Source of the DNA: an uncultured Spirochaetaceae bacterium
GTDB taxonomy: Bacteria > Spirochaetota > Spirochaetia > SZUA-6 > DRHE01
DNA: 64,000 nucleotides
Reading direction: 5' to 3'
NCBI GenBank assembly: GCA_964390045.1
Contig: CAYMGP010000008.1
Coordinates: 2,726 to 66,725, forward strand
Below are positions 49,841-59,957 of the stretch, piece by piece. A program made the position numbers and the translations under genes. The notes beneath the pieces are model-generated. The model had not been told where the DNA came from, ran no database searches, and saw nothing but the letters and a program-made list of their open reading frames with translations. Numbering within the stretch: the first letter of the stretch is position 1; each line of letters starts with the position of its first letter.

Positions 49841-51418
49841 ATGAAAACAAAGTTTTTTCTGGCTCTTCTGCTCGCTTTGCTCGCTGCCTGCCTGGCCTGG
49901 CCGGCGGGAGTGGAGGTTGTCATCATGGTCGACGTCTCGGAGAGCATGTTTCCCGTATTCGATGATCTGGTTGACTATCTTCTACGGGACCTGCTGGAAA
50001 ACAGGCTCCATCGCGGGGATTCATTCCACCTGCTCAGCTTTGCCGATAATCCCGAGACTGAACTAACCCTAAAAATGGAGGACGCTTCGGATCTCAACGC
50101 GGCAATCGACAGGATCCTTCTCTTGAAGCCGCTTGGTCAGTACACGGATCTGATTGCGGCCCTCGAGTTCCTCTACAGCTATACGAGCTCGATTCCTCAG
50201 CAGAACAAGAAGCTCGTTCTCCTGCTTACCGACGGAATCCACGATCCGCCGCCCAACAGCCCCAATCGCTTAGATTCTGAGAAAGCTCTGGACAGGCTTC
50301 TGGAGAATACCGAGAAAATCAAACGTGAAGGCTGGGATATCCACATTCTTCGTATGCCACATCCCGGAGAAGCGGCGACCCGGTTGGGAACCGAGACGGA
50401 GCCGTCCACGGCCGCCGAGGAATCCGAGGACACGGGAGCCCTGAACCTGATGGACGAGCTTTCCGGCGGGCTGGAGGCGGATGTCGTTGCCTACGAGGAT
50501 GCCGACAAGGAGAGCCTGGCGGAAACACTCACGGGGTTTTCCACGGTGGAGTTTCCCGGTTTTCTCGGTCGGGTACGCAGGAATTTCAGTGCTGTTTTGA
50601 AGATCAGCAACTTCGCAAACGAGCCGCTCCGCTACAAGCTCATCGCCGCGGGCAGCGGCGATGCGTCCCTGCTCAAGCGGCCCGTGTCCGTCGATGTGGC
50701 TCCGAGCCAGACCGGAGATCTTGTGCTTGCCTTGAGACTGCCCCGAGGACTACCTACCGGCAGCCAGAGTCTGCCGCTTCGTATCGAGTTCGCAGACCCC
50801 GAAACACACATATCACCCCTGGCAGGGGAGCTCGAGTTTGATTACCGGCCCGGCTTCCTGTGGCTGCGCACGATTACCCTGCGCTATCTGCTCTACTCCC
50901 TGCTCGTTCTGGTGTTGATCGCCGCGGTTGTACTGCTGTTCCTCGTCATCCGTCGTCGTCTCCAGGATGCCGCCTTCGCCCGCTTCTTCGAAGGGATATC
51001 TGAAAGGCGGCGGGGCAGGAAGAGAATGAGGCCGCTCATCATGAAAGTGGAGTCGCAAAACCCGAATATCGGCGTCCGTAACATCCACAGGGTCCCTCCA
51101 GGCCGGAAACTGAGCGTTGGTGGTGACGGATCATCGTTCCTCATCTACTACCTGCCCATGCCGCGACGGATCGGCGATGTCGGCAACGACGGAAAGCGCT
51201 ACCGCTTCATTCCGAAGAAGCTCGAATATTTTCCGGATTTAGAGAAACCGCTCGTAGACTGCCTGGACAAGCCGATCCGAGCTGTTTCCCAACGCGGCCG
51301 GGAGGTGGTATTTCGCTTTTCTGAATATATTTCCCCTCTCGAGGAACTCAACAGGTTGATGCGCTCCGTACCCAAATTCCATATCGACAACGTTCCCCTA
51401 AAAGGCCGCCGTTCTTAA
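49841..51418 (+). CDS. von Willebrand factor A-domain membrane protein
   Basis: Signal peptide; VWA/MIDAS-like VIMVDVSESM...LLTDGIHD; single TM (LLYSLLVLVLIAAVVLLFLVI); basic cytoplasmic C-terminal domain; 3-nt gap after greA. Confidence 0.6.
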   Translation: MKTKFFLALLLALLAACLAWPAGVEVVIMVDVSESMFPVFDDLVDYLLRDLLENRLHRGDSFHLLSFADNPETELTLKMEDASDLNAAIDRILLLKPLGQYTDLIAALEFLYSYTSSIPQQNKKLVLLLTDGIHDPPPNSPNRLDSEKALDRLLENTEKIKREGWDIHILRMPHPGEAATRLGTETEPSTAAEESEDTGALNLMDELSGGLEADVVAYEDADKESLAETLTGFSTVEFPGFLGRVRRNFSAVLKISNFANEPLRYKLIAAGSGDASLLKRPVSVDVAPSQTGDLVLALRLPRGLPTGSQSLPLRIEFADPETHISPLAGELEFDYRPGFLWLRTITLRYLLYSLLVLVLIAAVVLLFLVIRRRLQDAAFARFFEGISERRRGRKRMRPLIMKVESQNPNIGVRNIHRVPPGRKLSVGGDGSSFLIYYLPMPRRIGDVGNDGKRYRFIPKKLEYFPDLEKPLVDCLDKPIRAVSQRGREVVFRFSEYISPLEELNRLMRSVPKFHIDNVPLKGRRS

Positions 51419-52758
51419 AATCGTTCCAATACGGAAAGGGCTAGACTACGGACCGCCGCATAAGGATCCTCTTTTGCCAGGACCTCTACTTTGTCCTTGA
51501 GCGTCCTTACTCTGTTTTTTTGTATTCCCCGAAGCGCATATATGCGCACGTTTACCTCCGGGCTGCCGAGGAACCGCTCGTAGAACCACTTCAGACCGGG
51601 TGCCTCGGTTTCTGACAGCTTCTTCGCCATGAACTCGATCACCTTGCGGTCGCCCTTATCCCACTGCTCCTCCACAATCCTGCGAAACATCTCCAAGTTT
51701 GCAGCCAGCTCGTTGTCACACAGCGCAGCGAAGGCGGTTTCCCTGTAGACGGGCAGCTTGCTGCGATCTCCGTACACCTCCCTCAGATAGTCAAAAGCAG
51801 CCCGGGTTCCGATGACCGCCAGGGACTCGATGGCCTGGAGACGAACCGCACGCTCCGGGTCGTTCTCGGCCTTGTAGATCAGGATATCCACCGAGCTCCG
51901 CGCCTGTTTATTTGCCAGAGCCTGCGCCGAAGCAAGCCTGACCTTCACATTCGAGTCCCTCAAACCTTGACGAAGCAGGTCCTCCACCTCCCCCATATCG
52001 AACTTGGATAGGGCGGAGGCTGCGTATATCTTAACGAGGCTGTCCCGCTCGGCGAACATGTTTTTCAAGTGCGGTATCGCCTGCTCGTCCCCAATTTCCC
52101 CCAAAGAAGAGGCTGCATATAGCCTCCATATCCTCTGTTCATCTCTGTTGCTCACAATGCCGATCAGCGGCTGCACGGCCGCGTCGGATTTCATCTTTCC
52201 CAGTGCCAGGATGATCTCCGGTTTCTGACTGTCCGGATATTCCACGTCTTGCAGGCGTTCGATCAGCATACCTCCCGCCTCCGGAGAGCCGACTGCTCCG
52301 AGCGAGGTGATTGCTGCCTCGGCAACTTGATCGTCTTGATGATCGATCAATGTCAGCAGGCGGGTTTCCAGTCCGGGAGATTTGATCGCCGACAGATAAT
52401 GGATGAGGGAAACCTTCAACCTCGAGTCGTACAACTGCTCATCGGAGAGCAGGGACAACGAGAAGCTCTCTGCATCCCGTATTTTCTCCACGGAAAAAAA
52501 ATCGAGCACGGCCTTGCGGACTTCCATATTTAAGGACTGCTCGAACAGGCTGAGGAGCTCGGCGTTCAAAGATGTCTCTCCGGCATCGGAAATGCTCTTG
52601 ATCACCTTCAAGACCTCGGTTTCGATTCCGTAGCGAAGCACGTCCCGCCACTGCTCGACGACGGGCTTGTCCTCCTGCGCGAATCCACGATTCGGATGCA
52701 GCATGCTCAAAGATACAAGGACCATAATTATAACGAGCTTCAGGGAAGAGGTTTTCAT
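51415..52758 (-). CDS. Secreted HEAT-repeat (PBS-lyase-like) protein
   Basis: Signal peptide; repeated ~30-aa HEAT/PBS units (VRLASAQALANK, VRLQAIESLAVIG). Confidence 0.6.
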   Translation of the reverse strand: MKTSSLKLVIIMVLVSLSMLHPNRGFAQEDKPVVEQWRDVLRYGIETEVLKVIKSISDAGETSLNAELLSLFEQSLNMEVRKAVLDFFSVEKIRDAESFSLSLLSDEQLYDSRLKVSLIHYLSAIKSPGLETRLLTLIDHQDDQVAEAAITSLGAVGSPEAGGMLIERLQDVEYPDSQKPEIILALGKMKSDAAVQPLIGIVSNRDEQRIWRLYAASSLGEIGDEQAIPHLKNMFAERDSLVKIYAASALSKFDMGEVEDLLRQGLRDSNVKVRLASAQALANKQARSSVDILIYKAENDPERAVRLQAIESLAVIGTRAAFDYLREVYGDRSKLPVYRETAFAALCDNELAANLEMFRRIVEEQWDKGDRKVIEFMAKKLSETEAPGLKWFYERFLGSPEVNVRIYALRGIQKNRVRTLKDKVEVLAKEDPYAAVRSLALSVLERF

Positions 52759-54344
52759 TTCTGTTTCCGTGCCTTTCTACTAAATATATCCTTCATCATC
52801 TCAACACCCAAGACCCGATACATCCCTAAAAGGATGGCAGCGGCGGCCGCCAACCCTATGAGAAGAACTGCGAGATTTCCGAAAGAGCTGGCGGCGGTCC
52901 ACAGGCTCGCGGTGATTTTCAAGTAGCCGATAAGGAAGGCTGTGAAGGGCAGCAATGCCAAAACCATCTTTCCTGTTGTCTTGGCGATCACCCTGCCATT
53001 GAGCGATCCTAGCTTTTTTCGCGCCCAGAGCAGAAGAACTACGAATCCCAGGCTGAAGGCGGCAGAGTTTGCTACTGCCAGACCGGTAACCCGCAGCGAG
53101 GTCTCTTTCAACCAAACAGAGAGCAGGATGTCGGAAACGCTGACAGCGGCGGCAGCGACGAGAGGTCTCTTGAAATCGTGGTTGGAGTAGAAGAAGCGCT
53201 GGAGAAATGTAAATCCGCCGAGACTGAACAATCCCAGGGAATACCCTGTCAGGACCCTGGAAGCCCAAAGAGTGCCGATTGCAGTGAAAGCACGGCGCTC
53301 CAGAGCCACAGAGATGATCTGTTTTCCCAATACAATATAAACGATCGCCGCCGGTACGAGCAGCAGCATGATATAGCGCAGACCGTAGCTGACAGTTTCA
53401 GCCAGCCCGCTTTTGTCTCCCCTGGCCGCCTGACGGCTCATACGCGGGAAAAGTACCGTGATGATGGAAATCGAGAATATACCGGAGGGAAGTTGGAAAA
53501 AAACGAGGGCATAACTCAGCGCGGAAGTGCTGCCGTCCTCCAGGCCGCTGGCAAAGAGCACGGCAACCTGCTGGGTGGCTGCGAACACGGCAGCCGATGC
53601 CAGTACGGGCAGCCAGGCTTTCATAATCCGCCGGAACCGCTGCTGCCTGAAGTTCAGGTCGGGCCTGAGATCGTATCCGAGCCTTATAAACTTAGGAATC
53701 TGGAAAAGTATCTGAGCGATGCCGCCCGCCAGCACGCCGACAACCATCGAAAACACGCCCAGGCGTCTGTAAAACAAAAAAGTGGCCGTGATTACACAGA
53801 CTGAAAATAAAACGGGGGTCAATGCGGGAATCACGAAGATGCCGTGAGAGTTCAGCACCGCCATCAGTGCGGCACTGAGGCTTATAAACAGGATGTAGCT
53901 GAACACCCAGCGGAACAGATCAGTCGAGAGTCCCATCTTCTGCGCTTCCGGAAAAGAAAGCAGCACGCCTACAACCTGACGCGCGAAGACGGCTCCGAGC
54001 ACGACCACTGGCAGCAGAATGACGACTTGGAGGCTGACGATCTTGCGGGTAATCAATCGTGCCTCCCGCTTGGAGGAATCCTCCACCAGGGCAGCCGAAA
54101 GAGATGGAATAAAAGCCGAAGACAGCGCTCCTTCGGCCATAAGCTTTCTCAGGTTGTTGGGAATCGTAAACACCGCATTCCAGACGTCCGCCACCCCTGA
54201 AGCTCCGAAAAAGGCTCCGATCACCGCGATACGCACAAATCCCAACAACCGGGACAGCATTGTACAGCCCATGACGAGCACGGTTACCAGGGTGCTGCTG
54301 CGGGTTGTGCCCGCTGTGACGCGATCAGCCGGATTATCGGCCAC
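52755..54344 (-). CDS. murJ: Lipid II flippase MurJ (MviN)
   Basis: ~14 TM helices; MurJ-family N-terminal region (LLGFVRIAVIGAFFGASGVADVWNAVFTIPNNLRKL). Confidence 0.85.
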   Translation of the reverse strand: MADNPADRVTAGTTRSSTLVTVLVMGCTMLSRLLGFVRIAVIGAFFGASGVADVWNAVFTIPNNLRKLMAEGALSSAFIPSLSAALVEDSSKREARLITRKIVSLQVVILLPVVVLGAVFARQVVGVLLSFPEAQKMGLSTDLFRWVFSYILFISLSAALMAVLNSHGIFVIPALTPVLFSVCVITATFLFYRRLGVFSMVVGVLAGGIAQILFQIPKFIRLGYDLRPDLNFRQQRFRRIMKAWLPVLASAAVFAATQQVAVLFASGLEDGSTSALSYALVFFQLPSGIFSISIITVLFPRMSRQAARGDKSGLAETVSYGLRYIMLLLVPAAIVYIVLGKQIISVALERRAFTAIGTLWASRVLTGYSLGLFSLGGFTFLQRFFYSNHDFKRPLVAAAAVSVSDILLSVWLKETSLRVTGLAVANSAAFSLGFVVLLLWARKKLGSLNGRVIAKTTGKMVLALLPFTAFLIGYLKITASLWTAASSFGNLAVLLIGLAAAAAILLGMYRVLGVEMMKDIFSRKARKQK

Positions 54345-54405
54345 GGTTCCTACTCATCCGTTACAAATTTCCTACAGTCTCATGTTCGGCGATTTCTGCT
54401 CCGCT

Positions 54406-55539
54406 TTATAACCGCTTGTTGGCCTTGGAGCTGTATTCTTGCAGATACTGCCGTTTGAAATCCGCGAACGTGTCGTTTCTGATCGCCTCACGGATAGAAA
54501 CGATCAGCGATTGTATGAAAGCAAGGTTGTGATGCGTGGTCAGCATGGCCGCAAGGATCTCCTTTGTCTTGAAAAGATGTCTCAGGTAGGCCCTGGAATA
54601 ACGACTGCAGGTGGAGCACGTACAGGTCGGATCGATCGCCTGTTGATCGAACTTCACGGCTTCTGTTTTTAAAGAGACGGGACCCTGCCGTGTGAACGCC
54701 TGAGCGTTGCGAGCGGTACGCGTGGGAAAGACACAGTCAAACAGATCGATGCCTTGCGATACAGCTTCCAGTATGTACTCGGGAGTCCCCACACCCATGA
54801 GATAACGGGGATAGCGATCCGGGATCAGCGCCGAGCTCAGGGCTAAAATCTCCCGAAAGCGTTCGAAAGACTCCCCCACCGACAGACCGCCGACAGCGTA
54901 TCCCGGAAATTGCAATTCGAGCAGCTGCTCGGCACTCTCTCTACGCAAATCGGCGAAGAAGTTGCCCTGGATAATGCCGAACAACTGTCCCTGCTGCTTT
55001 CCCGGTCCCTGCTTCCATCTCAGCAGGCTCCTGCGCGCCCACTGGGTAGTCAGCTCTACAGCCTCGCGGGCTTGGTTTTTCTCAATCCCGTAGGCGGTGC
55101 AGAGGTCGAGAGGCATCATGATGTCGCTTCCGAAAAGCTGCTGGATCTCTATGACTTTCTCGGGGCTTAACTTGAATCGCGAACCGTCAATGTGGGATCT
55201 GAACTCCACCCCCTGCTCTTCGATTTTACGAAAGGGGGCCAGAGAAAATATCTGATAGCCCCCCGAGTCGGTCAGGATGTTGTGCTTCCAGGCCATAAAG
55301 GAATGCAGCCCGCCGCTCTTTGCCAGGACTTCCAGCCCCGGTCTCAGAAAAAGATGATACGTGTTGCCCAGGATCAAGTTGAGCTCCAGGCTTTCCAGCG
55401 CTTCATTGCTGATCGCCTTTACCGTGGCGTTGGTCCCCACCGGCATGAATACAGGGGTTTGCACGGAACCGTGCGGGAGGTCCAGGGCCCCGGTTCTGGC
55501 TCTGCTGCCGCTGTCACAGTGATCTGTGCCAAACAACAT
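54406..55539 (-). CDS. tgt: Queuine tRNA-ribosyltransferase
   Basis: TPVFMPVGT substrate motif; zinc-site CTCSTCSRYSRAYLRHL. Confidence 0.9.
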   Translation of the reverse strand: MLFGTDHCDSGSRARTGALDLPHGSVQTPVFMPVGTNATVKAISNEALESLELNLILGNTYHLFLRPGLEVLAKSGGLHSFMAWKHNILTDSGGYQIFSLAPFRKIEEQGVEFRSHIDGSRFKLSPEKVIEIQQLFGSDIMMPLDLCTAYGIEKNQAREAVELTTQWARRSLLRWKQGPGKQQGQLFGIIQGNFFADLRRESAEQLLELQFPGYAVGGLSVGESFERFREILALSSALIPDRYPRYLMGVGTPEYILEAVSQGIDLFDCVFPTRTARNAQAFTRQGPVSLKTEAVKFDQQAIDPTCTCSTCSRYSRAYLRHLFKTKEILAAMLTTHHNLAFIQSLIVSIREAIRNDTFADFKRQYLQEYSSKANKRL

Positions 55540-55540
55540 A

Positions 55541-56620
55541 TCAGCTTCTCGCCGTTTTCAGAGCCAGCACACCGACGGCCATAAACAGTGCGAAGGCCAG
55601 ACCCGCGCCGGCCAGTGGGGGTATCAGTCCGTTTTTCGCCAGAATAACGGCGATCATCTGCACTACGTAGTAGACCACGCTGACGATTAGAGAAGTTAGA
55701 AGATCCATGAGCAGTATATTTCGTTTGAACCGCCCGCCCACGCCGGTGGCTATGAGCACTACGATGAAGGGACTAAGGGCAAAGAAAAACTTCTTGTAAT
55801 ATTCCGTCAGAGCACCCTTGTAGGGAAGCCCCGCCGCTCTGAGCTTGTCGATCCACTCACGAGCCTCGCCGCTTCTCATCTCTTCAATTTTCCGAGTGGC
55901 CCGGCGAAACGTCGCCGGCGGCTCTGCCAATGCCTCGGCACCGTGAACGGCAATCCTCTCCAAGTCAAGAGTTTGCTCCGCTTCGTTCCATCTGTATACA
56001 CGGCTGTTGTGAAGCACCCAGTATCCATTGTTCCACTCCGCCCAATCGGCATCGATTCGAGATTGAAATCCTCCGTTTTCTGCTCTCTGCAGCACCATTA
56101 CACCCGTTATAGTCTGCTTCTTGTCGTTGTAGTAATCCACCTGGTACACGGTGCCTGCATCTTCGCTGATTACGGTGACATTCGTATTGCTGAAGCTGAT
56201 CTCCTGTTTGACAGTGGCTCTGTACAGCTCGTTTTTTTTCTTGAAACTGTCTATAACATAGTGCTGTTCGAAGAAAAACCCTCCCACGCTGAGAAGCACG
56301 CCGATCAGGATAAAGGGAAGCACGAGACGATAAAGGCTGATCCCGGAACCGAGAATCGCGATCAACTCGTTGTTTTTGTAGAGAATGCCGAGGGTGAAAG
56401 CGGCTGAGAATAAAAGCGCCGGAGGAATCGAAAAGGAGATGCATTTCGGAAGGTAAAAAAATGCGATCTGCAGGATCTGAGCCGGACTGGTCTCGTGGGC
56501 AAGGTATCGCCACAGGTTGGTGAACAGGTCAAGGAGCTCTATCACCAGGATGAAGAAGAGAATGGAGATCAACAGGATCGCCACGAAGGAGCGAATCAGC
56601 ATACCGTAGAGGGTCTTCAT
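55541..56620 (-). CDS. LptF/LptG-family (YjgP/YjgQ) permease
   Basis: 6-TM permease with a periplasmic beta-jellyroll insert; paired with the adjacent paralog. Confidence 0.7.
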   Translation of the reverse strand: MKTLYGMLIRSFVAILLISILFFILVIELLDLFTNLWRYLAHETSPAQILQIAFFYLPKCISFSIPPALLFSAAFTLGILYKNNELIAILGSGISLYRLVLPFILIGVLLSVGGFFFEQHYVIDSFKKKNELYRATVKQEISFSNTNVTVISEDAGTVYQVDYYNDKKQTITGVMVLQRAENGGFQSRIDADWAEWNNGYWVLHNSRVYRWNEAEQTLDLERIAVHGAEALAEPPATFRRATRKIEEMRSGEAREWIDKLRAAGLPYKGALTEYYKKFFFALSPFIVVLIATGVGGRFKRNILLMDLLTSLIVSVVYYVVQMIAVILAKNGLIPPLAGAGLAFALFMAVGVLALKTARS

Positions 56621-57918
56621 CGTCTAGCCCTGATAGTGAAAAAAACGACGGCCGCGCTGAAAACCACCAGATTGGGAAACCACATGGCAAACACGGGCGG
56701 AAGCTCGAGCCGTATTCCGAGGGTATGACCTACAAACAGCACCCACCAGTACACCGATGCCATGAGCAGCCCTATCCCGAAACCCACCGCCCTGCCGCTC
56801 TTGCGGGCCATCAGACCCACGGGAAAGGCAAACAGTACGAATACCAGGCAGGAAAAGGGTATAGAGAACTTCTTATGAAACTCGAGCCTATACAGCTGCA
56901 GGTTGCGATCGATGAGCTTCTTTTCACGGTTCCTCGTGTAGTTATCGTAGGCATCGGCAATCGCCTTCTGCCGCTCCAGATAATGGGCGGGTTTCTTAGA
57001 ATCTGAGCTCGGCGTGAAGTCCTTAAGATAGCGAAGCTCCATGGCTAAATCGAAAAGAGAAGCTTCTGTGCGCGCTTCCTGCTCTGCTACCTGGCGATTA
57101 TAGGCCCTTTCCATCTCCTGGATCTCTCTCCAAACATCGATGGAACTCATTTCCCTCGGCCCGGGATTTATAAAACTGGCGCTGAAATCCTTCAGAAGGA
57201 TGTTGTAGATCATCGAGCGGGAAACTGTGTACTCGTAGCGCTCGGCTTTCACATCGGCCGGTTCGTGGGTAAAAACATCCTCGAGGTGAATCGATATCAC
57301 TCCCCGACGGGACTTGCTTTCTTCGAGCCAACCGGCGGCGGCAGTGATAACCCGTTTTTGTTTATCCTCCGTTTTATCGATTATCGTTATATTCTGTATC
57401 CGGTTCCCCTCCACAGCTCCCGTAACGATTACCGTGTCCTGATACCTCTTTACGGAGAACGGCTCCAATTCTATCCCCGGATTCGTGTATAGGATCTTCC
57501 TGTACATCCGGCCGAGACGGATATTTCCCAGCGGCAAGAAGTAGTCGTTCACCACAAAAGAAATGACAAACAAAAGCAGACCCGCAAAAAGCAGCGGTAT
57601 AAGTATACGGTATTGGGGTATACCGGAGGCCCGAAAGGCAAGGATCTCGTTGTCAGAATTAAAGCGGCCTATGGCCATCAAAGAACCAACCAGGGCTCCG
57701 AAGGGAAAGGAGAGAGCCAGGATCGACGGCAGGGAAAATATGATAAACAGGACGACGTCCCAGAAGGGTACCTTTTTTGAGAAAATCTCCTCTGCGAGCA
57801 CCAGCAATTGGTTTATGAAAAAAATAAAGAAAAAAAACAAAAAAGCGACTATGAAAGAAATGAGAAACTCGTTCAGGATGTATAGATCGATTCTTCGAAT
57901 TCCCGGGACTCGAACCAT
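56617..57918 (-). CDS. LptF/LptG-family (YjgP/YjgQ) permease
   Basis: Same architecture as the downstream paralog; 4-nt overlap. Confidence 0.7.
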   Translation of the reverse strand: MVRVPGIRRIDLYILNEFLISFIVAFLFFFFIFFINQLLVLAEEIFSKKVPFWDVVLFIIFSLPSILALSFPFGALVGSLMAIGRFNSDNEILAFRASGIPQYRILIPLLFAGLLLFVISFVVNDYFLPLGNIRLGRMYRKILYTNPGIELEPFSVKRYQDTVIVTGAVEGNRIQNITIIDKTEDKQKRVITAAAGWLEESKSRRGVISIHLEDVFTHEPADVKAERYEYTVSRSMIYNILLKDFSASFINPGPREMSSIDVWREIQEMERAYNRQVAEQEARTEASLFDLAMELRYLKDFTPSSDSKKPAHYLERQKAIADAYDNYTRNREKKLIDRNLQLYRLEFHKKFSIPFSCLVFVLFAFPVGLMARKSGRAVGFGIGLLMASVYWWVLFVGHTLGIRLELPPVFAMWFPNLVVFSAAVVFFTIRARR

Positions 57919-57928
57919 GTGCGTTGTG

Positions 57929-59539
57929 CTATTCTATTCCGCTTGATCCGTCGTGCACAAGGGATTCATCCAGAATTGAGATTCCGGAGCCGAGAGTACC
58001 GAAATATAGCAGAGGGGGGCCGTAGCTCGCAGCGCTTATGTCAAGAGCAGGCAGACCTTCGCCAAGCCCGATCTGCCGTGCCGAGAGGGAAGCGGGCAGC
58101 AGGCGGGTGACGCCTGCCCCGAAAGTGCCGAAATAAAGCCCGGTATCCGTTTCTATTCCGCACAGCACCCAATCATCTCCCAACATTCCCGAAGCCTTGC
58201 TGTGGTGCTCGAGATCGTTGCTGACGGGATCCCACCTGTACAGACCTTGCCCGTAGGTACCAATCCAGAGGATTTCCTCTTTCTCGACGAGCAGCATCGT
58301 TATATTGCGGGATCTCAAGTCCCGGTTGACGCTGTCGAAACTCATCATGGCACCGGTTCTCAAATCGAGGAGAACCAGACCGCGATCGAGAGTCCCGATG
58401 AGAAGATAGTCATCATGTCGCAGCAGACAATTGATAAACGCTCCCGGCAGACCGCCTTGAACGATCCTCTCCCAGCGCCTCTGCTCATGCCGCCACAACC
58501 CGTCGCCCAGAGTTCCCAGATATATGATTTCACCGACCGCTTCCAAGGCTTCGATTTTTTTGGGATTGTATCCGCCGAAAAGGTCGATCGCCTGCCAGCG
58601 GGAGGTGAATTTTGAATACTGAAACAGGCCTTGGTAGGTCCCAATCCAGACTCTTTCGGGCGTGACCTCTATGCTGCGGACTGTTCTGGCGGTCAAGCTT
58701 TCATTTCCCCGCTTGAAAACCGTAGCCTTCCCGTCTCCAACGGAGTAGCGGCTGATCCCACCGTTCCAGGTGCCTACCCAGATATCATCTCCGTCTACGG
58801 CAACAGCGGAGATGTTCGAGTCATCCAATCCCATTGTCTCTGCCGGAAGATCGCTCCAGCGTAGACGACGGCTGAGCCGGTCCACCATTTGCCCGTCCTG
58901 TCTCGAAGGATCCTCGGGCCCGAGAGCGAGATAACGGAGAAGGTACTGTTTTGAGGCTTCTCTGTCGGAGAGTGTGTAAAAAGCGATCTCGGCAAGACGA
59001 AGCCATATCTCGGCTGCAACCGCGCAGTCCGCCGGGCTAAGATTCACGATCTCGAGATAATACCTGTAGGCTTGTTCGAGGTCTCCTGCATCGTAACTCA
59101 AGCCTGCAAGAATCTCGTAGATCTTCAACTTCAACCCGAGATCGAGCTGCCACCGCGAGGTATCCCTGTCGAGTAGTTTCTTCAGGTGGAACGAGGCCAG
59201 CGCAGGATCGCCGCGCCGCAATGCGATTTCGGCCTCGAGAAACAACACTTCGGGCAGGTTGTGCGAATTGTCCCGGGTTTCAAGGTCTCTCAGGATTTCG
59301 AGGGCCGCTTCGTGCCTCCCGGCCTCGTAGTGACCGCGGGCTTCGGTGAGTCGCTGTCTGTCAAGCTGCTGATCTGTGCTCTCATCGCGCTCGACGGCTG
59401 CAACGCCTGCGGCCGTCCCTTTTCCGACCTGTTCATCGAGAGGTGCTTCGGTGCGGCATGACAGTTGAACTGAAAGACAGGCGATCAGAACGGTGAGGAT
59501 CCAACGTGGGTTAGATACCCGTTGAGCCAAATCCGCCAT
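57929..59539 (-). CDS. Secreted TPR plus beta-propeller protein (two-component-regulator-propeller-like repeats)
   Basis: Preferred start MADLAQRVSNPRWILTVLIACLSVQLSC at 59539 with a GGAGAG RBS; TPR units followed by repeated W/G-containing propeller blades (GTxxxGL..Y motifs). Confidence 0.5.
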   Translation of the reverse strand: MADLAQRVSNPRWILTVLIACLSVQLSCRTEAPLDEQVGKGTAAGVAAVERDESTDQQLDRQRLTEARGHYEAGRHEAALEILRDLETRDNSHNLPEVLFLEAEIALRRGDPALASFHLKKLLDRDTSRWQLDLGLKLKIYEILAGLSYDAGDLEQAYRYYLEIVNLSPADCAVAAEIWLRLAEIAFYTLSDREASKQYLLRYLALGPEDPSRQDGQMVDRLSRRLRWSDLPAETMGLDDSNISAVAVDGDDIWVGTWNGGISRYSVGDGKATVFKRGNESLTARTVRSIEVTPERVWIGTYQGLFQYSKFTSRWQAIDLFGGYNPKKIEALEAVGEIIYLGTLGDGLWRHEQRRWERIVQGGLPGAFINCLLRHDDYLLIGTLDRGLVLLDLRTGAMMSFDSVNRDLRSRNITMLLVEKEEILWIGTYGQGLYRWDPVSNDLEHHSKASGMLGDDWVLCGIETDTGLYFGTFGAGVTRLLPASLSARQIGLGEGLPALDISAASYGPPLLYFGTLGSGISILDESLVHDGSSGIE

Positions 59540-59957
59540 TCCCCCTCTCCGTGTCCGAAATCTCCGTCTGCACCTGCAGCACAGCCTGAACCACCGGGGA
59601 GAATACGAGCTGAGCGACACGATCGCCTCTGCGGACATGAAACGCCTCGCTGCCCAAATTGACAAGAATCACCTGTATTTCTCCCCTGTAGTCCTGATCG
59701 ATTGTGCCCGGAGTGTTGAGCACCGTGATACCCTGCTTGATCGCCAACCCCGACCTCGGCCTCACCTGCGCTTCATACCCTTCGGGAATCTCCAGACAAA
59801 CTCCGGTGGGTACGCTTTTTCGCTCTCCAGGTTGGATAACGATCTGCTCGCCTGGCGGGATATCGGCGGATAGGTCGGCGCCGGAACAGCCCTGCGAATG
59901 ATACCGGGGAACCAGCTCCGGCGATCTTATCGTAAAGGGAACAACGATCCGTTTCAT
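59511..59957 (-). CDS. dut: dUTP diphosphatase
   Basis: dUTPase motifs GLAIKQGITVLNTPGTIDQDYRGEI and RGDRVAQLVF. Start MKRIVVPF at 59957 in ATGA overlap with the upstream peptidase stop; the track ORF extension to 60206 is not credited. Confidence 0.85.
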   Translation of the reverse strand: MKRIVVPFTIRSPELVPRYHSQGCSGADLSADIPPGEQIVIQPGERKSVPTGVCLEIPEGYEAQVRPRSGLAIKQGITVLNTPGTIDQDYRGEIQVILVNLGSEAFHVRRGDRVAQLVFSPVVQAVLQVQTEISDTERGNGGFGSTGI

